Assembly: GCA_017621525.1 (NCBI GenBank)
Contig: JAGASX010000021.1
Location: forward strand, 51,566-115,565
DNA from: Clostridia bacterium
GTDB taxonomy: Bacteria > Bacillota > Clostridia > Christensenellales > UBA1242
Reading direction: 5' to 3'
DNA length: 64,000 bases
Shown: positions 41,884 through 50,135 of the stretch, in pieces
Layout: each line of letters opens with the position of its first letter
Position numbering within the stretch: position 1 is the stretch's first letter
Position numbers and translations under genes: made by a program
The notes under the pieces: model-generated
Told to the model about the DNA's origin: nothing
The model's database searches: none
What the model saw: the letters and a program-made list of their open reading frames with translations, nothing else

Positions 41884-41989
41884 ACCAATCTCCTTTTTAT
41901 TATTTAAATTGTTTATTTTTAAAATCAACATAATAACTTATTTACTATTCACTATTACTTTTTACTTTCCAAAAATCGACAGGCATTTT

Positions 41990-42018
41990 GTGAAAAGTGA
42001 AAAGTGAAAAGTGAAAAA
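41990..42018. repeat. Short tandem heptamer repeat (GTGAAAA), ~4 copies plus degenerate flanks
   Basis: GTGAAAA GTGAAAA GTGAAAA GTGAAAAA, read directly from the sequence, between the tRNA-operon terminator and the four-helix-bundle gene. Confidence 0.8.
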
Positions 42019-42020
42019 GT

Positions 42021-42058
42021 AAAAATCGACAAACCTCAATTGAAGTTTGTCGATTTTT
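42021..42058 (-). terminator. Intrinsic terminator of the tRNA operon
   Basis: On the minus strand, AAAAATCGACAAAC, 10-nt loop, GTTTGTCGATTTTT, followed by ACTTTTTCAC. It starts at the CCA end of tRNA-Lys. Confidence 0.8.
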
Positions 42059-42133
42059 GGTGGCTCACCCGGGACTCGAACCCGGGACCCCTTGATTAAA
42101 AGTCAAGTGCTCTACCAACTGAGCTAGTGAACC
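42058..42133 (-). tRNA. tRNA-Lys (anticodon TTT), CCA encoded
   Basis: The reverse complement GGTTCACTAGCTCAGTTGGTAGAGCACTTGACTTTTAATCAAGGGGTCCCGGGTTCGAGTCCCGGGTGAGCCACCA folds as a cloverleaf. Anticodon loop CTTTTAA. Confidence 0.93.
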
Positions 42134-42137
42134 ATAT

Positions 42138-42212
42138 TGGCTGGGGTGGCAGGATTTGAACCTACGCATGCAAGAATCAAAATCTTGTGCCTTACCGCTT
42201 GGCGACACCCCA
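42138..42212 (-). tRNA. tRNA-Gln (anticodon TTG), CCA encoded
   Basis: TGGGGTG/CACCCCA acceptor stem, anticodon stem-loop CAAGA-TTTTGAT-TCTTG, T-arm GGTTCAAATCC. Confidence 0.9.
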
Positions 42213-42225
42213 ATGAGTGAAGGTG

Positions 42226-42301
42226 TGGCTGGGGTGGTAGGATTCGAACCTACGCAATGTTGGAATCAGAATCCAATGCCTTACCACTTGGCGACACCCC
42301 A
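42226..42301 (-). tRNA. tRNA-Gln (anticodon CTG), CCA encoded
   Basis: TGGGGTG/CACCCCA acceptor stem, anticodon stem-loop TTGGA-TTCTGAT-TCCAA, T-arm GGTTCGAATCC. Confidence 0.9.
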
Positions 42302-42318
42302 TTATATATTTTAAGTTA

Positions 42319-42395
42319 TGGGGTGATCTAAGGGGATCGAACCCTTGACCTCCAGAGCCACAATCTGGCGTTCTACCAACTGAACTAAGACCACC
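42319..42395 (-). tRNA. tRNA-His (anticodon GTG) with encoded G-1 and CCA
   Basis: GGTGGTCTTAGTTCAGTTGGTAGAAC…CCAGA-TTGTGGC-TCTGG…GGTTCGATCCC…AGATCACCCCA. The extra 5' G opposite discriminator C is typical of tRNA-His. Confidence 0.9.
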
Positions 42396-42404
42396 ATAAT
42401 AGTG

Positions 42405-42481
<77 letters not shown>

Positions 42482-42484
42482 CCA

Positions 42485-42558
42485 TGGAGCAGGTGAAGGG
42501 AATCGGACCCTCGCAACCAGCTTGGAAGGCTAGTGTTCTACCACTGAACTACACCTGC
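42485..42558 (-). tRNA. tRNA-Gly (anticodon TCC), CCA encoded
   Basis: GCAGGTG/CACCTGC acceptor stem, anticodon stem-loop CTAGC-CTTCCAA-GCTGG, T-arm GGTCCGATTCC. Confidence 0.9.
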
Positions 42559-42574
42559 ACATGTTGACTATTGA

Positions 42575-42603
42575 AGTTTAGCACAGTCTGCAAGTTTTGT
42601 CAA
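42575..42603 (-). promoter_or_regulatory. Sigma-70-type promoter of the tRNA operon
   Basis: On the minus strand: TTGACA (42603-42598), 17 nt spacer, TAAACT (42580-42575), about 16 nt upstream of the tRNA-Gly 5' end. Confidence 0.65.
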
Positions 42604-42690
42604 GAAATTTAAAGAAATAACTTAAAAAATTTGCAAAATATTTTTTATTCCTCCCCTATCAAGAAGGGGAAGAATAAATAATATCTGTTT

Positions 42691-42724
42691 AAAATGCTTA
42701 AAAATTGCAAAAATTAAGCATTTT
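42691..42724 (-). terminator. Hairpin downstream of dnaE (probable terminator)
   Basis: AAAATGCTTAA (42691-42701) pairs perfectly with TTAAGCATTTT (42714-42724). The U-tract is only the 4 nt inside the stem end. Confidence 0.45.
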
Positions 42725-42762
42725 TTCAATAAAAATCAACATTTTTGATGAAATTTTGCCTT

Positions 42763-45700
42763 TTAACGCACAATTACGTTTTGCTCGCCTAATAAGCCGA
42801 TAAGTTCATTTAACATATAATTGTTTACATCAATTTTGTTTGCAAATGAAAAAGCCTTGTTTGTTTCACTGCATTTGATGATAATTTGGCTGTTGCCGGC
42901 ATGGGCAGAAGCAATTTCTTTAACTCTGTTGTATATATCTGCATTTTGCGTGTTGAAGCGAAGGTAAAGTTTTTGTTCTAATTTTGTTTCGGTTTGTTCT
43001 TTTTGCTCCCATTGTAAAAGATTGTCTATAACTATGCTTGGCGGTTTGCCGTCCCGGATTGAAACGCGACCACGAACTGTAACAAGGTTATCCTCAACCA
43101 CAAGTTCTTTATATTTTTCATAAGTTTTACCAAAAAGTGCACATTCAAAAGTACCATAAATATCTTCGATAGAAACAAATGCCATGGCATTGCCAGACTT
43201 GCTTAACATCTTTTTAACAGATTTTATAATTCCACCGCCCGTTACGCTCATGCCGTCTTTTACAAAGTTGTCATCTTCTACATTTTCTTGCACTTCTTCG
43301 CCGTCATCATAGTTTTCAAGTACAGGTTCGGCAGAGAACTCCCCTTCTTCGCCAGCAAATTCTTCGGTTTCCGACTCTGGAAGCATATCGCTGGTGAAAT
43401 TGAATGTGTCATATTTATCAAGATAGTCATCAAGTGGGTGCCCTGAAATGTAAATTCCAATAAATTCCTTTTCATATTTTAAAAGGGTTTCTTTATTAAA
43501 CTCTTTTATGTTTGGATAGTCAATTTTGTTGACGTTTTCGGTTTCTTCTTGGAATGTGTCAAAGAATGAATATTGCCCTGACTCGCGAGCCTTACGGTCG
43601 CTGTTTACAAGGTCCATATAAGCAGGAAAAACCTCCATAAGTTGAGAACGTGGGTGTCCAAAGCAGTCAAATGCACCACTTAAAACAAGAGCTTCCATTG
43701 ACTTACGATTTAAAGAAGATGCTGTAACGCGCTGAACAAACTCTTCAAAACTTTTAAATTCTCCATTGGCGTTTCGCTCTTCCACAATTTGGTCAATAAG
43801 GGCTGTACCCACGTGTTTAAGTGCGCCCAAGCCAAAACGAATATTCCCATTTTCTGTTTTAAACAATGTAACAGATTTGTTTATATCTGGTGGATAAATT
43901 GAAAAACCTTCAATTCTTGCGTAATTTGTGTACTTTTTGATTGAATCTGCGTTTGTTATTCTGTTGTTAAGAACGGCGGTAAGGTATTCAACCTCATAAT
44001 GAGCCTTTAAATACCCTGTTTGATAAGCGACATAAGCATAGGCGGCTGCGTGCGATTTATTAAACGCATAACCGGCAAATTTAGCCATTTGCTCGAATAC
44101 TTTTTCTGCAACGGCAGGGTCATGACCTAATGCGATAGCACCCGGAATTGGCTTTTTCTTGCCCTCTGGGTCTGTCCAGCCGTAAATAAACTTTTGTTTT
44201 TCTGGTGGCAATTTTTCAGGCTTTTTCTTACTCATAATACGGCGAACATTATCCGCACCACCAAGGCTGAATCCAGCCATAACTTGAAAGATTTTCATAA
44301 CCTGCTCTTGATACACAATACAGCCGTATGACATCTTTAAAATAGGTTCAAGGCAAGGGTCGTCATATTGGATTTGTTCTGGGTTTTTCTTACCCTTAAT
44401 GAATTTAGGAATAAAGTCCATTGGCCCCGGACGATAAAGGGAAATTCCCGCAATAATATCTTCCAAGTTGGAAGGTTGAAGGTCTTTCATGAACCTTTTC
44501 ATACCACCACTTTCAAGTTGGAACACCGCTTCGGTATTGCCCGAACTTATCAGTTTGAAAACTTCTGGGTCATTATATTCCATTTTTGAGAAGTCAATTT
44601 CAACGCCGTGGTTTTCTTTTATGTACTTGATTGCTTTGTGAATATCGGTAAGGGTACGAAGGCCAAGGAAGTCCATTTTAAGAAGTCCAAGGTGTTCAAG
44701 TTCTGTCATATCAAATTGAGTGATTTCATCATCACCACTTTTAGCCATTGGAACATGGTCATAAACGGGGTCTGGTGCAATCAACACGCCTGCTGCGTGC
44801 ATAGAGATGTTTCTTGGCACGCCTTCAAGTTTGATTGCCATATCTACTATACGTTTTATCTGTTCATCTTCATCATACATTTGGCGTAGGGTTGGAATGA
44901 CAAATTGCGCATCTTCCTCCTTGCCTGTTGTACCAAACATATATTTAAGAACTGGTGGTTTTTTTGCAAATTTTGCAGGGATTTCTTTTGTGATTTTGTC
45001 CACTTCCGAATATGGATAGCGAAGTACGCGGGCAACGTCTTTTATGGCGTTTTTTGCCTGCATATTACCATAAGTAACAATGTTGGAAACGTGGTCAGAC
45101 CCATATCTGCGTTTTGCGTAATCAATAACCTCTCCGCGTCTATCCATGCAAAAGTCTACGTCGAAGTCGGGCATGGATACACGTTCTGGGTTGATGAAAC
45201 GGTCAAAGAACAGGTCATAACGCATTGGGTCAACCTGTGTGATACCTGTGGTGTAGGCAACCAAACTGCCCGCACCAGAGCCTCTGCCCGGCCCAACAGG
45301 AATGTCATTTTGGCGGGCATAGTTGATATAGTCCCACACAATTAAAAAGTATTCCACATAGCCGAGTTTATTGATTGTGGTAAGTTCCATTTCAAGGCGG
45401 TCTTTAAGTTCTTGTGTTATTTCTGGATAATTTCTGGCAAGACCTTCCCATGCCATACGAGATAAAAATTCATATGGTGTTTCGCCTGTATCAGGCACAT
45501 ATTTTGGAATAAAGTTGTCTGTCGCGCCCAAACAATCTTCGTCTGGAACATTTGGGTTTCCACCCTCTTTGATTTCTCTTAACGATTTTGTTTTTATGTA
45601 AACATTGCACTTATCGGCAATTTCTTGTGTACGGTCAAGAGCCTCTTGAAAGCCGGGTAAAGCCTCTTCCATTTCTTCATAAGTTTTAAGGTAAAACTCT

Positions 45701-46410
45701 TCGGTGGAAAACTTCATGCGGTCTGGGTCGTCAATGGTTTTGCTCATTTGCACGCACATAAGTACATCTTGAAGTTCTGCATCTTCTTTATACAAATAAT
45801 GCACGTCGTTTGTTGCAACAAGAGGGATATTAAGCCTTTCACTCATTTTAGAAAGTTCTATTAAAACCTCTTTTTCTTCTGGTATTCCGTGATCTTGAAT
45901 TTCAAGGTAAAAATCATCACCAAAAAGGTTTTTGTGCCACATGGCAAGTTTATCTGCCTCTTCATATTGGCGCTTTAAAATAAGTTGAGGAATATGTCCT
46001 GCAAGGCAGGCAGAAAGGCATATAAGCCCCTCGCTGTGCTTTTCAAGCAGTTTATAATCAATTCTTGGTTTATAATATCTTCCGTCAAGATAGGCGTAAG
46101 AAGAAAGTTTTAAAAGGTTTTGATAGCCCTCATTGTTTTTGGCAATTAAAATAAGGTGCCCCATATCATCGCGATTTGTACGATTATACATATCATGGCA
46201 GATATAAAATTCCTCGCCAATGATAGGTTTTATGCCGTTTGTTACGCACTCTTCAAAAAACTTTATAACGCCATGCATATTTCCATGGTCGGTGATTGCA
46301 ATTGACTTCCAACCGCGTTCTTTAACTATGCCAACAAGTTTTTTGATGCGCGCAAGGCCATCAAGCAAACTGTATTCCGTGTGAACGTGCAGATGCACAA
46401 ATTCTTTCAT
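42763..46410 (-). CDS. dnaE: DNA polymerase III alpha subunit (DnaE type) with an N-terminal PHP domain
   Basis: HLHVHTEYSLLDG PHP start, FDVDF catalytic region (PDFDVDFC), YQEQVM, and an OB-fold C-terminal part. 1215 aa. Confidence 0.96.
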   Translation of the reverse strand: MKEFVHLHVHTEYSLLDGLARIKKLVGIVKERGWKSIAITDHGNMHGVIKFFEECVTNGIKPIIGEEFYICHDMYNRTNRDDMGHLILIAKNNEGYQNLLKLSSYAYLDGRYYKPRIDYKLLEKHSEGLICLSACLAGHIPQLILKRQYEEADKLAMWHKNLFGDDFYLEIQDHGIPEEKEVLIELSKMSERLNIPLVATNDVHYLYKEDAELQDVLMCVQMSKTIDDPDRMKFSTEEFYLKTYEEMEEALPGFQEALDRTQEIADKCNVYIKTKSLREIKEGGNPNVPDEDCLGATDNFIPKYVPDTGETPYEFLSRMAWEGLARNYPEITQELKDRLEMELTTINKLGYVEYFLIVWDYINYARQNDIPVGPGRGSGAGSLVAYTTGITQVDPMRYDLFFDRFINPERVSMPDFDVDFCMDRRGEVIDYAKRRYGSDHVSNIVTYGNMQAKNAIKDVARVLRYPYSEVDKITKEIPAKFAKKPPVLKYMFGTTGKEEDAQFVIPTLRQMYDEDEQIKRIVDMAIKLEGVPRNISMHAAGVLIAPDPVYDHVPMAKSGDDEITQFDMTELEHLGLLKMDFLGLRTLTDIHKAIKYIKENHGVEIDFSKMEYNDPEVFKLISSGNTEAVFQLESGGMKRFMKDLQPSNLEDIIAGISLYRPGPMDFIPKFIKGKKNPEQIQYDDPCLEPILKMSYGCIVYQEQVMKIFQVMAGFSLGGADNVRRIMSKKKPEKLPPEKQKFIYGWTDPEGKKKPIPGAIALGHDPAVAEKVFEQMAKFAGYAFNKSHAAAYAYVAYQTGYLKAHYEVEYLTAVLNNRITNADSIKKYTNYARIEGFSIYPPDINKSVTLFKTENGNIRFGLGALKHVGTALIDQIVEERNANGEFKSFEEFVQRVTASSLNRKSMEALVLSGAFDCFGHPRSQLMEVFPAYMDLVNSDRKARESGQYSFFDTFQEETENVNKIDYPNIKEFNKETLLKYEKEFIGIYISGHPLDDYLDKYDTFNFTSDMLPESETEEFAGEEGEFSAEPVLENYDDGEEVQENVEDDNFVKDGMSVTGGGIIKSVKKMLSKSGNAMAFVSIEDIYGTFECALFGKTYEKYKELVVEDNLVTVRGRVSIRDGKPPSIVIDNLLQWEQKEQTETKLEQKLYLRFNTQNADIYNRVKEIASAHAGNSQIIIKCSETNKAFSFANKIDVNNYMLNELIGLLGEQNVIVR

Positions 46411-46424
46411 TTTCCCCTCCCATG

Positions 46425-47390
46425 TTATTTTTCTTTAAGAAAGTCGGCGATACGCATAATTCGCCTAAATCTGTGGTTTAAGCCACTTTTTGTAAGTTTT
46501 ATGGTGGAAAGTTTAAGAAGTTCTTCCATGCTTTCCTGTGGGTTTGCAAGCCTTAAAACGGCAACCTCTTGAAGGTCATCTGGCAAAGAGTCTAAACCCA
46601 TTTTTCTGTTGATATAATTGATTGCCGCTATCTGTTTCATGCTGGCATCAATTGTTTTGTTGATATTGGCGTTTATGCAGTTTACTTGGCGATTTACCGT
46701 GTTGCGAAGTCCGCGTTTCGCCATTTCATCAGCAAGGTCAAGCACGCACCCGTTGGCGCCTACAAGGGCAAGCAAATCCTTTATCGCCTCGCTGTCTTTG
46801 ATGTAAAGCACAAAAATCTTTTTGCGTGTTGCAATTCTGCCAACTATATTAAATTGGGCAAGAATATCACGCAAACCCTCTAAAAATGCTTGGTGGTGTG
46901 AGGCAAATTCCACATGATAGCCTGTTGTAGGCATTTGAGAGCCAAGTTCACTTAATCGTATGCTTGAAGTCGCACAGCCAATGTAAGCGCCTTTAATAAA
47001 CGCACGCCTGCTTTCTTCGTCAGCAACAATGTGGCTGTCTATTTCGCCGTTAAGCATAATACCGCCCTCGCTGTCAAGCATGGCACAATCTTGCAAAACC
47101 TGCATTGTGATTGAAGTTGGAAACATTATGCGATAGTATGTTGTTTTGTTGATGATATAATCATCTGCAATATCAAGTGTAAGTTGATTGCCATAAAGTT
47201 TGGTAACAATTGCATTTAAATATTCAAAAATTTCTTTAAAATCGGTTACAATATCCAGCCTTAACCCCTCGCTGTTTTTGGTGATGGTGCCAGAGGCGTG
47301 CAAAAGTCCCGACAAAAAAGATTGTGCACAAAGTGCATCATCTATTTCTGCATTTATAATTTCAAGTTTACTGTCTTTTGCAAAACTCAA
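46425..47390 (-). CDS. whiA: DNA-binding protein WhiA
   Basis: 321 aa with a degenerate LAGLIDADG-like N-domain (FLSGLLHASGTI…FIKGAYIGCATSS) and a C-terminal HTH (LSTIKLTKSGLNHRFRRI). Confidence 0.9.
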   Translation of the reverse strand: MSFAKDSKLEIINAEIDDALCAQSFLSGLLHASGTITKNSEGLRLDIVTDFKEIFEYLNAIVTKLYGNQLTLDIADDYIINKTTYYRIMFPTSITMQVLQDCAMLDSEGGIMLNGEIDSHIVADEESRRAFIKGAYIGCATSSIRLSELGSQMPTTGYHVEFASHHQAFLEGLRDILAQFNIVGRIATRKKIFVLYIKDSEAIKDLLALVGANGCVLDLADEMAKRGLRNTVNRQVNCINANINKTIDASMKQIAAINYINRKMGLDSLPDDLQEVAVLRLANPQESMEELLKLSTIKLTKSGLNHRFRRIMRIADFLKEK

Positions 47391-47394
47391 AAGT

Positions 47395-48153
47395 CTAACC
47401 TCTTTTTATAGTAAATTTTGGAAGTTTGTCCACATTCACCACCTGTGAAAGTGGAATGTCAAGGCGGAAAATTGTGTTCATAGCGGTATTACATTCTCCA
47501 ACGCGTTCTGGGGAGTGCGCATCGCTGTTGACAATAAATTTAACGCCCTCTGATGCCATAATTTCAAGTTCCTTATCTGTAAAATGCACGCGTTTGCCGT
47601 TAAGTTCAATAAGTGTGCCTTTATCGCGCGCCATTCTTGCCACCGACAATGTGTCTGTTGGGCAACCATAGTTAAGGTGTGTGATTATGTCAATAGGGTA
47701 TTTATCAAGCGCCTTTAAAAAGGCTGTTGTGTTGCGGTTTAGTTGTTCTTTACTTGGCGCGAATGGTGAAAGAGAATTTACAACAGTAAACTGCCAGAAT
47801 TCTTTTAAAGAATTCATTTTTACCATTTTATGGTGTCCCATAAGTAAAATGTCAAGGTATTCAAAATCTTCTTCCAATATATCAATATCTCCGCTTTTGG
47901 AGATAAGGTTTGCCTCTACGCCCATCAAAATATCAACGCCGGTAACTTCTTTGGCATTTAATATATCCTCTTTCATGGCGGGCAATTCTTTGCGTTTTAC
48001 ACCAAAAAATTTATGGTTGAAACCATGCTCGGTGATTGCAATTTGTTTTATTCCTTTATTAAGCGCAACAGAGGCATTTTCAAGAATTGTGCCCTTGCCG
48101 TGATTGCGTCCCGAATATTTGGTATGTGTATGATAATCGCCAAGTAAAATCAT
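47395..48153 (-). CDS. PHP-domain phosphoesterase (histidinol-phosphatase-like family)
   Basis: LLGDYHTHTKYS…ITEHG…EANL…MGHH…THLNY…NSDAHSP metal-ligand pattern. The start at ATG 48153 has GGAGGC upstream. Confidence 0.85.
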   Translation of the reverse strand: MILLGDYHTHTKYSGRNHGKGTILENASVALNKGIKQIAITEHGFNHKFFGVKRKELPAMKEDILNAKEVTGVDILMGVEANLISKSGDIDILEEDFEYLDILLMGHHKMVKMNSLKEFWQFTVVNSLSPFAPSKEQLNRNTTAFLKALDKYPIDIITHLNYGCPTDTLSVARMARDKGTLIELNGKRVHFTDKELEIMASEGVKFIVNSDAHSPERVGECNTAMNTIFRLDIPLSQVVNVDKLPKFTIKRG

Positions 48154-48237
48154 TTTGCCTCCGTATTTATATGTTATTATAACCCCATTCCCTTTAAAAG
48201 TCAAACCAAAAAGAAAAAGGACAGAAAATTCTGTCCG

Positions 48238-48687
48238 CTATTTTAAATCATTGCTGTCAAGAAGTATGGTAACCGGCCCGTCGTTGATTGGAGTGATTTT
48301 CATGTCAGCGCCAAACACTCCCATTTGCACTGTGATACCCTCATTTTGCAGAAATTGTTGCATTTCTTGATATAATTGATTTGCACGGTCTGGGCTTTCT
48401 GCCTCAAAAAAACTTGGTCTGTTGCCATGTTTGCAATCGGCAAACAATGTGAATTGGCTGACAAGCAAAATTTGTCCGCCAACATCTTTAATAGACAAGT
48501 TCATTCTTTCATTTTCATCTTCAAAAATGCGAAGTTTTGCAAGTTTCCCACCAAGTTTTTGTAAGTCTGCAATTTCATCACCTTTGCCGACGCCTAAAAA
48601 TACAACAAAGCCCCTTTCTATTTGGGATATAAGTTTGCCTTCAACTTCAAGTTTTGCACCTAAAACTCTTTGAACAACTGCTTTCAT
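48238..48687 (-). CDS. dtd: D-aminoacyl-tRNA deacylase
   Basis: MKAVVQRV…VSQFTL…GNRPSF…NDGPVT are typical Dtd motifs. 149 aa. Confidence 0.93.
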   Translation of the reverse strand: MKAVVQRVLGAKLEVEGKLISQIERGFVVFLGVGKGDEIADLQKLGGKLAKLRIFEDENERMNLSIKDVGGQILLVSQFTLFADCKHGNRPSFFEAESPDRANQLYQEMQQFLQNEGITVQMGVFGADMKITPINDGPVTILLDSNDLK

Positions 48688-48760
48688 ATTTTCACCTCTT
48701 ATGATAATATTTTAAGACAAAACAATAAAAAAAGAAAGCAAAATGCCCTCTTTTTTTAAA

Positions 48761-49369
48761 TTATATACTTTTTTTGATGCAATCGGCCCGCAACAATTTA
48801 TATTCCTCTTCTGTGATAAGTCCACGAGCACGCATATCGGCAAGTTTTTCAAGTTTTGCCTCTACACCCTGTTTTTTAGGCGGTGATTGTTGCCTGTCAT
48901 TTTCTATGTTTTGTTGAGATGTTTCATCTTTTTTGCAGTATCCTACAATCATCAAAATTGCACAGGTAAGCGATGCCAAAGCCTCCAAAACACAAACGGC
49001 AATCACAAACCAAGAAAGGTTTAAAGCAAGAAGAAATATTGAAAAGCCTGTTAATAAAATATTAAACACAATTGCAGTTATTAAGTTGCCATTTACTTTT
49101 TGTTTATGCAATGGTGTGATGTATTGATTTATTTGGGGCATAAAGGAAAAGTTTGTTTTACCTGCAACAAGAAGTGCGGAAAAAACTATTTCGCACACGT
49201 CGCAAGAAATAAGCCAGCAAAGAGCAATTATTGCCATGTTGCCAATACGAGTAGGCACAAGTTTAACAACTTCGCCAATTCCGCAGGCAAAAACCACCAA
49301 AAACAGTGCAAAAACCGATGCAAAAATAAGGCTTAAAAGTGAAGTTATTTTAAGTAATTTAGATTTCAT
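48761..49369 (-). CDS. Multi-pass membrane protein with a C-terminal SHOCT domain (paralog 1)
   Basis: About 5 hydrophobic helices, then LEKLADMRARGLITEEEYKLLRADCI, which is a SHOCT-type motif. Confidence 0.7.
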   Translation of the reverse strand: MKSKLLKITSLLSLIFASVFALFLVVFACGIGEVVKLVPTRIGNMAIIALCWLISCDVCEIVFSALLVAGKTNFSFMPQINQYITPLHKQKVNGNLITAIVFNILLTGFSIFLLALNLSWFVIAVCVLEALASLTCAILMIVGYCKKDETSQQNIENDRQQSPPKKQGVEAKLEKLADMRARGLITEEEYKLLRADCIKKSI

Positions 49370-49380
49370 AAAGTTCCCTT

Positions 49381-49414
49381 TTAAAATAAAAAGGCACCTT
49401 TAATAGTGCCCTTT
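49381..49414 (-). terminator. Intrinsic terminator between the two SHOCT genes
   Basis: On the minus-strand RNA: AAAGGGCAC, loop, GUGCCUUU, followed by UUAUUUU. Confidence 0.6.
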
Positions 49415-49419
49415 ATTGT

Positions 49420-50007
49420 TTATCCGTTGATTTTTTCGTTGATGTAAGACTTTTTAAGTTCTTCGTATTCTTCGTCAGAAATTAAGCCCTGCTCTTTCAT
49501 GCTGTTAAGTTTTTCAATTTTTCTTTCAACATCTGTTGCTTCTTGGGCATCTTCTTCAAGCATACTGCCTTCTGCTTCAAGTTTTGCAACTCTTTTTCCT
49601 TCAAGACCAAGGTCAACATAAGCAAGCACATTTGCAGCAACAAGTGCAAGAATGATGATTATGTTTAAGATTGGGAATGTTTCCGCTGTAGTTGTTGCTA
49701 TTCCAACAATAAGCGAAACAATCATAATAAAGTTGAATACTGTTGCGGCAATAACTTTTCCTTTATACTTTTTGTAAGCCTCTGGGCCTCTGTTCCATGC
49801 TTTGATGGATACTGCGTTAAGCACAAGTGTAACAACTGCGATTGCGAGGTCTAAAATAAGCAAAGCAAGGGCTGTTGCTCCACCTGTTGCGCTTGTAGAT
49901 GAAAGAATATCAATCACCAAAGTGAGTGCAAACATTGAATAACCTGCATAAATTGCTGTTGACACTGTTGCAAGAATAAACCCGGTAAGGGTCATAGGTC
50001 TTTTCAT
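49420..50007 (-). CDS. Multi-pass membrane protein with a C-terminal SHOCT domain (paralog 2)
   Basis: The start at ATG 50007 (MKRPMTLTGFILATV) has AAGGAGAT upstream. About 5 TM helices, then IEKLNSMKEQGLISDEEYEELKKSYI. Confidence 0.7.
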   Translation of the reverse strand: MKRPMTLTGFILATVSTAIYAGYSMFALTLVIDILSSTSATGGATALALLILDLAIAVVTLVLNAVSIKAWNRGPEAYKKYKGKVIAATVFNFIMIVSLIVGIATTTAETFPILNIIIILALVAANVLAYVDLGLEGKRVAKLEAEGSMLEEDAQEATDVERKIEKLNSMKEQGLISDEEYEELKKSYINEKING

Positions 50008-50041
50008 ATTTAATCTCCTTTTAATAAAAATCCTTATAGTA

Positions 50042-50070
50042 TATATACCATAAATATTATAAAGTGTCAA
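50042..50070 (-). promoter_or_regulatory. Putative promoter of SHOCT paralog 2
   Basis: On the minus strand: TTGACA (50070-50065), 17 nt spacer, TATATA (50047-50042). Confidence 0.5.
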
Positions 50071-50100
50071 GGATATGTCGGGACAAATAATAAAATAACA

Positions 50101-50128
50101 AAAAAGCACCAAATATTTGGTGCTTTTT
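50101..50128. terminator. Intrinsic terminator after rplQ (end of the alpha operon)
   Basis: AAAAAGCACCAAA pairs with TTTGGTGCTTTTT in a perfect 13-bp palindrome around a 2-nt centre, 8 nt below the rplQ stop. Confidence 0.85.
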
Positions 50129-50135
50129 AATATAT

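Noticed and set aside
41990-42018. Tandem GTGAAAA repeats as a CRISPR-like or minisatellite locus
   Set aside because: The units are only 7 nt, with ~4 copies and no spacers. This is a simple microsatellite, not a CRISPR array. No cas genes lie in the window.
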